Origin: Ascoidea asiatica JCM 7603
Taxonomy: Eukaryota > Fungi > Ascomycota
Assembly: GCA_001600695.1 (NCBI GenBank)
Contig: BCKQ01000005.1
Coordinates: 54,404-118,403 of the forward strand
Direction: 5' to 3'
DNA length: 64,000 bases
Shown here one piece after another: positions 1-9,872 of the stretch (positions are counted from its first letter, which is position 1; the number at the start of each line of letters is the position of its first letter). A program made the translations under genes and the position numbers. The notes beneath the pieces were generated by a model that made no database searches, was not told the origin of the DNA, and saw only the letters and a program-made list of their open reading frames with translations.

Positions 1-3000
1 AATTTTTTTCTTTGTAAAGCAGCTTTTCTTCTATGAAATTTCATCAATTCAACATTATCAATTTCATCATCACTATATTCCAAATCTTCCAATCCATTTC
101 TTCCTGAAATCCCTCCCTGTCCTCTGGATCTTAGTTTTCCAGTTTTGATATCTAATAATAATTTTGTAACAGCTTGTTTATCCATTGCTAAATCTTCAGA
201 ATTTACTAATTGTTGCACCTTTGAGACGTTATTCTTTACTCGAGAACTATCATTAATCATTTTTTCATCGTCAGAGTTTAATTCTTCATTTAAAGCATCT
301 TCCCCATCAATTCCTCCTATTCCTTGCCATTCATCTTCAGATTCGATGGCTTCTTCCTCTAAAATATCTTTTAAGCCTGCTTTTGCAAACTCTTTGATTT
401 TTTCTTTTCTTTTAAGTTCTGCTGTTCGCTGATTTTGAATAGCCAATTTCAAAGCCGATATTTTCATTCCTTTATTATTCTTTTTATTATGCTTTTCATC
501 ATTATTGTCACTTTCAATTTCGATCTCACTATTAGCATCCGAACTTGAAAATTCTTTATCCTTTTCATTATCTGAATCATTATTCAAAGGATTTTTTGAT
601 TTACTAGAACTTTTGTGATTATGGTCAAAATCTTTATCAAAATCATCATCCTCAGAATCTATAAAGGCTTGCTTTCGTAATTTTTTTCGATATCCATTAT
701 TAATAATATTATTATTCTCTGGTTCATTATCACTTCCCCAGTCAGTGACTTGCCCATGTTCTGTTCGAATTCTATTCAAGATATCATTATTCTGTGTTGA
801 TGTATATTTAACTTGGGTTGGCTCCAATTGGGATAATGATGTCTTTCCAAAAAGATTCTCAATTTTTTGAGTTAATCTCAATCCTAAATCATCCTCGTTT
901 ACTTTCTCAACTTTATTATCAAAATTACGCTCGGAATCCGAAAGATTTTTATCTTCTAAAGACAGAATTTCTCCTTCAGACATATGAACTTGTTCTTTAT
1001 CGTCTATTAAAACATTTGATCTATTTTTTTCATAAACTTTTATTTTTACCTTTTCAAAGCCTCCTTGTTCAAGATTATTTTTTTCTGAAACTTTTTGACT
1101 TTTATTAGAGTTACTTACTTCAACTTCTTCTTCAAACTGGCTTTCATTTTCAGTATCCGTTTCATCAATTTTTTTAATGTTCTCAACTTTTTCATCTATA
1201 TTATAAAAAATGGACTGGTTATCTTTAGCAGCTAAGGCTATTTCTTCTTCATCCAATTCTTCGTCTAATTCTTCATCTCCCATATATTCTACATCATCAT
1301 CACTGTTATCATCATTATTATCTGAATCTTCATCTATATCATGAATTTTATTCTTTTCCTTAAAAAGTTTCTTTTCTCTTCGGTTTTTTCTTTCTCTTTC
1401 TTTTATCTTCATTGTACGCTCTATTTCCTTTTCCAAAAGATTTTCTACTTCCAAAGTATCAACATCAACAGAAGCATTAATAACTTCAGAAACATTTTTT
1501 TCATCTTTTTGTCTTTGTCTTTTTTCTTTAATCATCTGGTTAACAATTTTTTTTTTTAACATCATTAATGTTTCTCGTTGTTTTATTTTATTTAGTTGAT
1601 TTTCATCAATAAAAATATTTTTTAATGTTGAATTATCAACTGGGTTCTTTTTGCTATTTTTTTTACTAATTTTATTTTTGATTTCTATAAACATTCTTTT
1701 ATCTTTAACTAATAATTCATTGTCAGAAGACAGATCACTAGAAGAATCAGAAAAATCAAGATCTATTAAATCCCCAGGATTATTTCTTCTTAATTTATTT
1801 TTATATGTTGAAAGAGGACTTTTGAGTATTGAATTTGGATCAATATTTTCTTTTATTTGGGATAATTTCTTTTCGGAATTCTTTTTCTGATTTTCGACAC
1901 TTTCTATTTTAACTTTTTTAGGAGTTTCATTAATAACATCAAGAATATTGAACTTCTCCAAATTAAAGTCAGAATCGGAATCCGAATCCGAATCAAAATT
2001 GGAATCAAAATGTGAATTGATATTATTATTATTATTAGAAACTTTAGCTTCATGTTTGGTTGTATGATTATCAGATTCATCTGACGACAAAATATTTATT
2101 TCTTTGGTTTCTAGATTCAAAGATTTATTATTAGCTTTTGGAGCCTTAAGAAATTCTCCATTTGAATAACCAAATCGAGAAAGAAATTCATTTTTTTCAA
2201 AAGCTTGAATAGTTATAGGCTCATATGTTAAACCTCTTTTTGAAACTAATTGTTGAGTTTTTAGAGCAAGTTCAGTATCTTCAACTTCTTTGTCAATCTT
2301 TTTTTGAGATTGAGATTTTTGATAAGTATATTTTCCTTCAATTAAATCAAGAATTCTTGGTTTAGACTTTTTGGAAGAAGGAATATTTGAAGCTTTATTT
2401 TTAGAAGAGAATATTTTAGAAGATATATTATCATCATCCGAGAATATTTCATCCAATTTATTATTTGAAATATTTGAAATATTTGAATCGCCAGAGGAAT
2501 TAAGAAGTTTATTTTTACTTTTTATTTTTTTTGTGATTTCTTCTTTAGCTATACGTTCTTTACGTTTTTTTTCAGCCAATTTCTGAATCTTAATAAGTCT
2601 TAATTTTTTAACTTCATTTGATTCATCGATTTCATCATTATTCCCATAATCTACATTATTAATGTTTTGATTATTTCCTTGATTATTCTCTTGAATAATT
2701 TTGTCATTATCTATGCCATTTTCTGTAGAGAAAGTTTTGTTGTTAAGTAAAGTCTCAGAATTAGTAAAAATCTGAGAGCTTGAAATAATTGAATGATTAG
2801 GAAGTGTTGAATCTATTGGATTATCGATTTGAGTGGAAGTTGAATCTATAACTTCAGAAGAAGTACTATTAAAAATTTGAGGATTCGAATAATTGTTTAT
2901 TTTTTGAGTAGTATCATTAAATTCTTGAATATTAGAATCAAAAACTTGTGTCGAAGCAGTAGTCTGAGAATTTGAAGAATCGTTGACAGTTGAAACTAAA

Positions 3001-3053
3001 GAGGTTAGTGACTTTAAAAATGTTAAAGATGTATTTATTATTTGTGTTGACAT
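1..3053 (-). CDS. MRC1: Mediator of replication checkpoint Mrc1 (claspin-like), 3'-partial
   Basis: Absent from the ORF track because it has no stop in the window. ATG at 3053 (MSTQIINTSL). The frame matches at the start, at ~1550 and at the window edge. S/TQ-rich N-terminus; MRC1-domain sequence LEEEAIESEDEWQGIGGIDGE...LLLDIKTGKLRSRG near 100-400. Confidence 0.88.
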   Translation of the reverse strand, partial: MSTQIINTSLTFLKSLTSLVSTVNDSSNSQTTASTQVFDSNIQEFNDTTQKINNYSNPQIFNSTSSEVIDSTSTQIDNPIDSTLPNHSIISSSQIFTNSETLLNNKTFSTENGIDNDKIIQENNQGNNQNINNVDYGNNDEIDESNEVKKLRLIKIQKLAEKKRKERIAKEEITKKIKSKNKLLNSSGDSNISNISNNKLDEIFSDDDNISSKIFSSKNKASNIPSSKKSKPRILDLIEGKYTYQKSQSQKKIDKEVEDTELALKTQQLVSKRGLTYEPITIQAFEKNEFLSRFGYSNGEFLKAPKANNKSLNLETKEINILSSDESDNHTTKHEAKVSNNNNNINSHFDSNFDSDSDSDSDFNLEKFNILDVINETPKKVKIESVENQKKNSEKKLSQIKENIDPNSILKSPLSTYKNKLRRNNPGDLIDLDFSDSSSDLSSDNELLVKDKRMFIEIKNKISKKNSKKNPVDNSTLKNIFIDENQLNKIKQRETLMMLKKKIVNQMIKEKRQRQKDEKNVSEVINASVDVDTLEVENLLEKEIERTMKIKERERKNRREKKLFKEKNKIHDIDEDSDNNDDNSDDDVEYMGDEELDEELDEEEIALAAKDNQSIFYNIDEKVENIKKIDETDTENESQFEEEVEVSNSNKSQKVSEKNNLEQGGFEKVKIKVYEKNRSNVLIDDKEQVHMSEGEILSLEDKNLSDSERNFDNKVEKVNEDDLGLRLTQKIENLFGKTSLSQLEPTQVKYTSTQNNDILNRIRTEHGQVTDWGSDNEPENNNIINNGYRKKLRKQAFIDSEDDDFDKDFDHNHKSSSKSKNPLNNDSDNEKDKEFSSSDANSEIEIESDNNDEKHNKKNNKGMKISALKLAIQNQRTAELKRKEKIKEFAKAGLKDILEEEAIESEDEWQGIGGIDGEDALNEELNSDDEKMINDSSRVKNNVSKVQQLVNSEDLAMDKQAVTKLLLDIKTGKLRSRGQGGISGRNGLEDLEYSDDEIDNVELMKFHRRKAALQRKK

Positions 3054-3296
3054 TTCTTTGAATTTGTATTTGGTGAAAAAGCAAAGAACATCAAACTATT
3101 GTAATAAAAATATTAATAATTGACGTATTCGTTACTATGAAATCTATTTGAATGTAACTGATCAAATAGATTAAAATGAAAGAAAAGGAAATAATATCAA
3201 AGTACTAGTTTTATATTTCAATAATTTATATATTTTCGTTTCTGCAAACAAGCAAATCAAACTATTATTTTACTGATACTGTAAACAGTATCTCAA

Positions 3297-3486
3297 ACGC
3301 GTAAAGAAATTGTTTATTATTTTTTGTTTTTTCACGGTTTCATTGTTTCGAACTTTAAACACCAAATTTATTACGCGTCATTTATATTGAGCCACCACTA
3401 GCCCTTCTGACACTAAACACAGCCTTTTAAACCCAAAAATAGAGCTTTTTAAACATAGTGTGGCTGTGTATACGCGTATTCGCGTA
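3297..3486. promoter_or_regulatory. MCB (ACGCGT) cluster in the MRC1/STB1 divergent promoter
   Basis: ACGCGT at 3297-3302, 3373-3378 and 3472-3477, plus CGCGT at 3481. A forkhead-like GTAAACA lies at 3281. Confidence 0.7.
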
Positions 3487-4114
3487 TGCTCACGTCTATT
3501 GCATGTTTTCGCATACTTTGTATTGTGATCCCTGCCACAGGGCGCCGTCTGGCCACAAAGATCTGGGACCTGTCCGGACTGGGCAGCTGGGTACCTGGAT
3601 AAAGGGTACGTTTAACACGCTTTCGGAGCGTTGGTGCACACATCCGGATGGAGATCGCGGGAGAAAACACAGATGAAATTTCCATTTGCAGCGCGTTCGA
3701 AGCTTGTGTGGAAGCCACCGAAACAGTGCGGTTTCCAGATTGAAATGCGAATTTCCCTTTTCCAATTATGAACTGTGTGTTAGCCTGTGGGCTACCGCAA
3801 TAATTTGAATACGACAGACGTTTTTGGTATTTTCATATTCATGATTGAAATACTAAAGTGCTGTATAAACTTTGTATTTTTGGTATGAAGAATATTCAGA
3901 TTCCTTTAAATTGTATTCTTTTTCCGATTGATTGATTTTGGATTTTCAAAATTGGTAAAACAATCAATCAATATTCTTTGTTTTTAGATATAACTTATAA
4001 TAATTTCGATATTAATAAGAAAATACCAATAGTAAGAATTAAACTTGTTTTAACGGTCAATTAGTTATATTGTTTTATAGAATTTTCTTTTAAATATATT
4101 ATCATTGAAAACAA

Positions 4115-5776
4115 ATGAGTTCTCCAGAATTAGATTCTATTTCTCATTATGAGAGTTTAATAGCAGATAGAATACTTAAGAATATTGAAATTTCAAAAAT
4201 TTCAAGGCAATTGAAAAAGAAATTATTAAATGCTGGAAATAAATTACAAAATACTTATTCAGTTAAGGAAAATTCAACTAAATCTTCAAAATTGGTCAAC
4301 GATGAAATTGGTTTTAAAGGTTTGAAAAATTTTAATAAAATTTCTAAACCTGTTCAATCTAATATAAATAATATAAATAATATTAACTTCAATAAGAATA
4401 AAATAAAATTGACCAAAAAAAATCACAAAAGAACTTTATCGGAAAACATTGGAAATTATAAAAATAGAACATATCCGAATTTAAATCAAAATAATCAAAA
4501 TGACGTTGATCTCAATAACAATGATAATAATAATAATTTTCAAAAAGGTTTCCCAATTAAAAAAACCTTTAAAACAACATATTACAATCCTACTATTATT
4601 TTACAATCTAATCCAAACCCAAATAATTTAATTCAAAAAAATTCCTCTATAAATGAAATTTACCCTCCTTCTTCACCTTTTAATTCAAATTTATCTTTAA
4701 ATCAACAATTGTCATTGAAGTCTAATAATAATACAAACCATATTAGCGATTTCTTTTTTAATGAATCTACCTCATATTCCAAATCCATAAATTCACTAAA
4801 ACAAATAATTCCATTAAAATCTACAATTTCAAAAAATTCTGAAAATTCAATTCAACTTAGAACAAATGATCAAAATGATGATAATGATAACGATAATGAT
4901 ATAAATGAAACTAAAATTCAAATATCATCAACGCCTACACATTTTAACACAAATACAACTTTTGATAATACTATTTCTTCGCAATTAATCAAAATTAATT
5001 CAAATAATCAACCAACTGATGTGATTAATAATCAAATTATCAACAATATATCAAATAAAATTAATAATGAAAATAAAGAAGCTAATTCTCAAGTTACTAA
5101 TCTTGATCAATTATTAAAAACTCCAAAATTTTATTCATTAAATCAATCAAATACACAATTTCGATCAGAAACTCAAGAAGCGGATTTATTAATGTTTTTA
5201 TCAGCTACTCCTTCATTAAATCATCAAAATTCAAAATATTTTGCTTCTCCATCTTTTCCAGAAAGTTCAAAACTTTCAAACTTTTCGAACTTCTCAAACT
5301 TTTCAAATTTTTCAAATCCAAATACTTATGATAGTACAATTAACAATAATTTAAATATACAACTTCCTTTTAATAGTCCAAATTTTTTTAATTTAACACC
5401 AAGATTTTCTTCAACAAGTTCATTTGATGTATCTCATTTAAATTCATTGAATAATAGTAAAAAAAATGATTCAAGTCTTAATATAATCTCTAAACAAAAA
5501 TCAAACTTATCTAATACTGAAAAAAAACAAAAATCTTCACTTGAAATATTTCCAACTCCTCAAAATATTGACAATAATATGTCTATCAAAGAGACTCCAA
5601 ATCAAAAAGATTCACAAAACTTTTTATTATTAAAAACTCCCAATTTTAATTTAAATGATTATGTTAATATATTTTCCCCTTCTCCACTAAAACAAGCTGG
5701 TTTTCTAGAGACTAATCTAGATAAAGAAAAAACATCGGATAAACCTTCGCAGATAGCAAAATCAAGAGGTATGTAA
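4115..5776 (+). CDS. STB1: Stb1, G1/S MBF/SBF-associated regulator
   Basis: Three motifs match Stb1: ADRILKNIEISKISRQLKKKL, EADLLMFLSATPS and LLKTPNFNLNDYVNIFSPSP. Many S/TP CDK sites. Confidence 0.8.
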   Translation: MSSPELDSISHYESLIADRILKNIEISKISRQLKKKLLNAGNKLQNTYSVKENSTKSSKLVNDEIGFKGLKNFNKISKPVQSNINNINNINFNKNKIKLTKKNHKRTLSENIGNYKNRTYPNLNQNNQNDVDLNNNDNNNNFQKGFPIKKTFKTTYYNPTIILQSNPNPNNLIQKNSSINEIYPPSSPFNSNLSLNQQLSLKSNNNTNHISDFFFNESTSYSKSINSLKQIIPLKSTISKNSENSIQLRTNDQNDDNDNDNDINETKIQISSTPTHFNTNTTFDNTISSQLIKINSNNQPTDVINNQIINNISNKINNENKEANSQVTNLDQLLKTPKFYSLNQSNTQFRSETQEADLLMFLSATPSLNHQNSKYFASPSFPESSKLSNFSNFSNFSNFSNPNTYDSTINNNLNIQLPFNSPNFFNLTPRFSSTSSFDVSHLNSLNNSKKNDSSLNIISKQKSNLSNTEKKQKSSLEIFPTPQNIDNNMSIKETPNQKDSQNFLLLKTPNFNLNDYVNIFSPSPLKQAGFLETNLDKEKTSDKPSQIAKSRGM

Positions 5777-6270
5777 TTTCTTTTGAAAAAACACCTGTAT
5801 AAATAATCTCAAAACTTCTTTTTTTTTTTTTTTCTATCAATCCAAAACATAATCTAAAACTCGCTATTTTTTTTTCTTGATTTTTATTCCTTTTAATAAA
5901 CGATTCTCTTTATGACTGACTGATTGTTAATTTCATTTTGCATATTCCGTGGATATTAGCCAAAAATATTGTAACAAGGCCTAAAAGGTCTGAACACAAA
6001 GGTCCGAACAGTCGGAAACAAAACTTTCTATCTTGAGAATTCAGATCACGTTGTATCTAGCCGGATTTGAAACTTCGTATTTTGAAATTTTAAAGTCATT
6101 TTTCAGTTAATTACAAAACTTATCTCAATCAACAGCAGAATATTATCAAAAATAGTGTAAATAAATTTATTATCAGATCGATTAATAAATATAGATTTAA
6201 ATAAAATTAAATATATTATCAAAGAAATCGAATCAATTAGAAAATTTGCATTCAATAGATTTCAGATACA

Positions 6271-6867
6271 ATGTTTAGATCGGTTTTGACGCCTAAGCTA
6301 CCTTTATTTGGTACTTTCAGATATGGATCTATAGTTATCAATTCCTTTAGATTTCAAACTACCACTTCTAAATCACAGAAAAATGCGCTTCTTAATGCTG
6401 TGAAATCAGATAATTCATCAATTAACAAAAGCACTTTATATAACTCAATGATTCCTGATTCCATGATTGATTTTTCTCTCAAAAATATTAATAAAAATTC
6501 TCAAAAGTCTTCTTTAACTGGTAAAACTGCTTCTCAAACATCTTCAAAATCATCAAGAGACTCTACTTTTATTACTCCAAAAGATGTATCAAATATCAAA
6601 GAAGATGCTCAAAGAATACCTTTAACTGGTCCTATTGCAGGCCGGACAATAGGTGTTTCAAAAGAAGATTTAAATCGTGCATTCAAAAGTTTGAATGGTA
6701 TAATTTTCTCAAATAATATTAGAAAAATCTCAAGAGATCAAAAATTTTACGTAAGACCTGGTAAAAGAAAACAAGAAGCCAAATCAACAAGACATAGAAA
6801 AATATTTAAAGAAAATTTCAAGAAACTTATGGGAATTGTTAAGGATGCTAGAAGAAAAGGTTATTAA
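6271..6867 (+). CDS. MRP21: Mitochondrial ribosomal protein bS21m
   Basis: Mitochondrial presequence-like N-terminus; C-terminal GPIAGRTI...FYVRPGKRKQ...VKDARRKGY. Confidence 0.9.
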   Translation: MFRSVLTPKLPLFGTFRYGSIVINSFRFQTTTSKSQKNALLNAVKSDNSSINKSTLYNSMIPDSMIDFSLKNINKNSQKSSLTGKTASQTSSKSSRDSTFITPKDVSNIKEDAQRIPLTGPIAGRTIGVSKEDLNRAFKSLNGIIFSNNIRKISRDQKFYVRPGKRKQEAKSTRHRKIFKENFKKLMGIVKDARRKGY

Positions 6868-6952
6868 TCCAAACCAAGTTAAATCTAGTTTATTATTGAA
6901 TTACAAAAATTTAAATATATCACTATATACATGTAAATAGATATTTTTCTTC

Positions 6953-8500
6953 TTATTCTATTTTGGCAATTGCACCATTTTTATCAACTGAACTAAAATA
7001 TTTCTCCCAAATACTTAATTCTTCATATCGTTTTGGGTCTCCGGGCCTTTTAGCTATTATACACCATGTAGTTCCTAAATGAATTCTTTTTTCGGAAACA
7101 ATTTCTAATCCAGAATCATCTAAAATTTCTCCAATATCCAAATTCCAACGGCAACCCCATTCTTTCAATCTTTGCTCTGCTCTATTATCGAGCATTTTAT
7201 TAATAAAACTGTAATCACCTCTTCCATGCTCTAATAAAATTATTCTTCCACCTGGTTTCAATAATTTAAGCATATTATTTAAGGACTTAACGGGATCTTC
7301 ATGAGAGCATACTCCAAAAGTTTCAATAATGGTATCATATCTTATTCTATTATCTGAAGATACTTCTTTTATTTCATTATTGGTTGAAATATTATTCTTT
7401 TCATTTTTATTTTCATCAATCATTTGATTATCACTTATTATAGATTTTGTGTTAACAGTATTATGATTAGATTTAACTTCTGCTAACTCAACTAAATCTT
7501 CGGCTTTACCAATAACAAATGCAACTTTTTTAAAATTAGCAAATTTTTTTCTAAATTTTTTATTAGTAACATCCATCATTTTTGATGAAGAGTCTAAAAA
7601 AGTAATAGAATTAATTTTCTCAGGATTTAAATATTTAAGATTTCTTCCTGTCCCACAAGCTACTTCTAAGACATCACCAAATATATGTTTCATGACCCAT
7701 TTTCTTCTTTTACCCATTCTAATCAAAAACTCTTCAGTATTTATTTCTGAATCATAATCTTCAGCCTTAGAATCATAGAATGAAGAAGTATCTCTTGGAG
7801 GTAAAACATTTTTATTTCTCAATTTTGATTCAACAAGTTGATCATCACTTATTTCAAAATTATTAAATTCTTTTAAATTTAATTCAAATGGTCCTGTAGT
7901 ATTTGGATTTTGAAGAAAGTCTTTTTCTTTTTCTTCAATTATTTTTTTATAAATATCTAATTTTTCAATATCTCTTGTTCTGAGTTTTCCTGTTAATTCT
8001 TTCAATCGTAAATTTTCATATTCATTCAAATTTTTTTCAAAATCTTTCAAAGATAAATCTACTTGATATTTTTCTCCCAATTTTTTTTTCAATACCTCTT
8101 TATCAAATTTTTTTTTATTCAATTGATCTAATTCTTTATCTCTATTATAAACTTTCTTCATATAGGTACCCCCATAAATCAAGAAAAATATATATACAGC
8201 AATTAAGATTTTGCCAAGATTTTCATTAAATTTTTTTGTTTGAAAAAAAGCTCCCCATCTAACAATCCTTGAAGGATGATTAAGCCTTTCATTTATTTTT
8301 TCATTTTCTATTTCTTCAGGCCTTCTTTTACGACGAACATAAAATTTATCATTATCATAATCCACATATTTTGAATTGGAATAGAATCTATAAAAACTTG
8401 GTGGATGATTGACAATTTTAGTAGAAAGTAATCCAATTGATGAAATACCAACTTTTGATATAGCTTGAAATTGGTTAGATGAGACTCTAACCTTAAGCAT
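6953..8500 (-). CDS. OMS1: Mitochondrial membrane SAM-dependent methyltransferase Oms1
   Basis: Presequence, single TM segment, DVLEVACGTGRN SAM motif, LLKPGGRIILLEHGRG and WGCRWNLDIGE. Confidence 0.9.
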   Translation of the reverse strand: MLKVRVSSNQFQAISKVGISSIGLLSTKIVNHPPSFYRFYSNSKYVDYDNDKFYVRRKRRPEEIENEKINERLNHPSRIVRWGAFFQTKKFNENLGKILIAVYIFFLIYGGTYMKKVYNRDKELDQLNKKKFDKEVLKKKLGEKYQVDLSLKDFEKNLNEYENLRLKELTGKLRTRDIEKLDIYKKIIEEKEKDFLQNPNTTGPFELNLKEFNNFEISDDQLVESKLRNKNVLPPRDTSSFYDSKAEDYDSEINTEEFLIRMGKRRKWVMKHIFGDVLEVACGTGRNLKYLNPEKINSITFLDSSSKMMDVTNKKFRKKFANFKKVAFVIGKAEDLVELAEVKSNHNTVNTKSIISDNQMIDENKNEKNNISTNNEIKEVSSDNRIRYDTIIETFGVCSHEDPVKSLNNMLKLLKPGGRIILLEHGRGDYSFINKMLDNRAEQRLKEWGCRWNLDIGEILDDSGLEIVSEKRIHLGTTWCIIAKRPGDPKRYEELSIWEKYFSSVDKNGAIAKIE

Positions 8501-8927
8501 TTTTTTCTTACTTTACCACTTTAATACTGTATTTCAGACCTATATGCACCTTTATAATTGTATTTTAGTAATATTAATCTCTAATTTTCTTCAATCGAAT
8601 TTCATAACTGTATCTGTCTTTCCAATCAAATAAAAAGATTATAATGTTGAATAGAACTGAATTTAAGTGTAATATTGAAAAGAAAGACTATTTTCAGTCA
8701 GGTCGCAGTTATTCAAATGGAACAATCCCGTAAGGTTACTGTTAATCTTAACAATGGAAGGAGTTTGAAGTTTGGTGATTTGAATATTTCACTACCCGTT
8801 TTATTTGGAAAGGAGTAAAATACAAAAGATGTTCCATCAGAAGAAATAGCTTTCAAAATCAGAATTAACCGAAATATCAAAGCTGAGATTAAAGTCTTCT
8901 GTTACTAATTGAAACTAGAAGAATTAA

Positions 8928-9587
8928 ATGAATAAGCTCCAGATTTTGCAACCTTTCCCTTTGAGATTGAATCAATGCTACAGAACATATAATAGCCCTC
9001 AATTTTCTTGGGTTTATTCAAAAAGATCTTATTTAAATGTATTTGATGGTGTGAAATCTTTGAAGTCTTTGAAATCTTCAGTAGAAGGAGAACAACAATA
9101 TCATGTTAAAAAAGTTTTGAATCATCCTCCTGAAATACTATTTAATGTTGTTTCTGATGTCTCTAGATATTCTGAATTTGTACCATATTGTACTTATTCG
9201 TTTATAAATAAAAAGGATCCAAAAAATTATAATTTACCAACTGAAGCTGGCTTACAAGTTGGGTTTCAAAAATTTGATGAAACGTTTACTTGTGAATTAA
9301 TATGTGATAAAAATGAAAAATCAGTGGTTGCTAAAAGTATTACTCATTCCTTGTTTAATAATCTATATACAAAATGGAATATAAATAACGTTGAAAATTT
9401 TCCAAATAAATGTGAAGTATATCTCGAATTGAATTACAAATTTAAAAATCCTATTTATAATGCAGTTAGTAAAGTATTCAACAGTTCTGTTACAGATATT
9501 ATGCTTAAGGCTTTTAATAAGCAGGCCATTCATGTTCGAAAAGAATCCATGCTAATTGATGAACAAAAAGAATTACTTCACAAATGA
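8928..9587 (+). CDS. COQ10: Coenzyme Q-binding START-domain protein
   Basis: LFNVVSDVSRYSEFVPYC, AGLQVGF, LFNNLYTKW and a presequence. Confidence 0.9.
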   Translation: MNKLQILQPFPLRLNQCYRTYNSPQFSWVYSKRSYLNVFDGVKSLKSLKSSVEGEQQYHVKKVLNHPPEILFNVVSDVSRYSEFVPYCTYSFINKKDPKNYNLPTEAGLQVGFQKFDETFTCELICDKNEKSVVAKSITHSLFNNLYTKWNINNVENFPNKCEVYLELNYKFKNPIYNAVSKVFNSSVTDIMLKAFNKQAIHVRKESMLIDEQKELLHK

Positions 9588-9872
9588 TTTAAAATGAAAA
9601 GCAAAAAAAAAAAATGATAAAAAGAAAAAAGTTTAAGAACAAAAAGGCAAGCAAGAATTTAAAATATTTCATCATTATGAAGTTATACAATATTTTTAAC
9701 TTATGTTTTACTATTTTTTATAGTTTGCAGCTGTATTTTAAAAAAATTCATCATAAATATAAAATATCTGCCAAAAAAAAGTTTGCCACAATATATACAG
9801 AGCTTAGAATATATTTTGTTTCAAAAAAATTAATCAATGTAAAAAGCCTAGAAAACTTACTTCAGAAAAACT

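Noticed and set aside
145-2586. Several short + strand ORFs
   Set aside because: Antisense shadows of the MRC1 reading frame.
3449-3765. Overlapping 72-89 aa ORFs
   Set aside because: Products of stop-codon scarcity in a GC island; non-ATG starts and no recognisable motifs.
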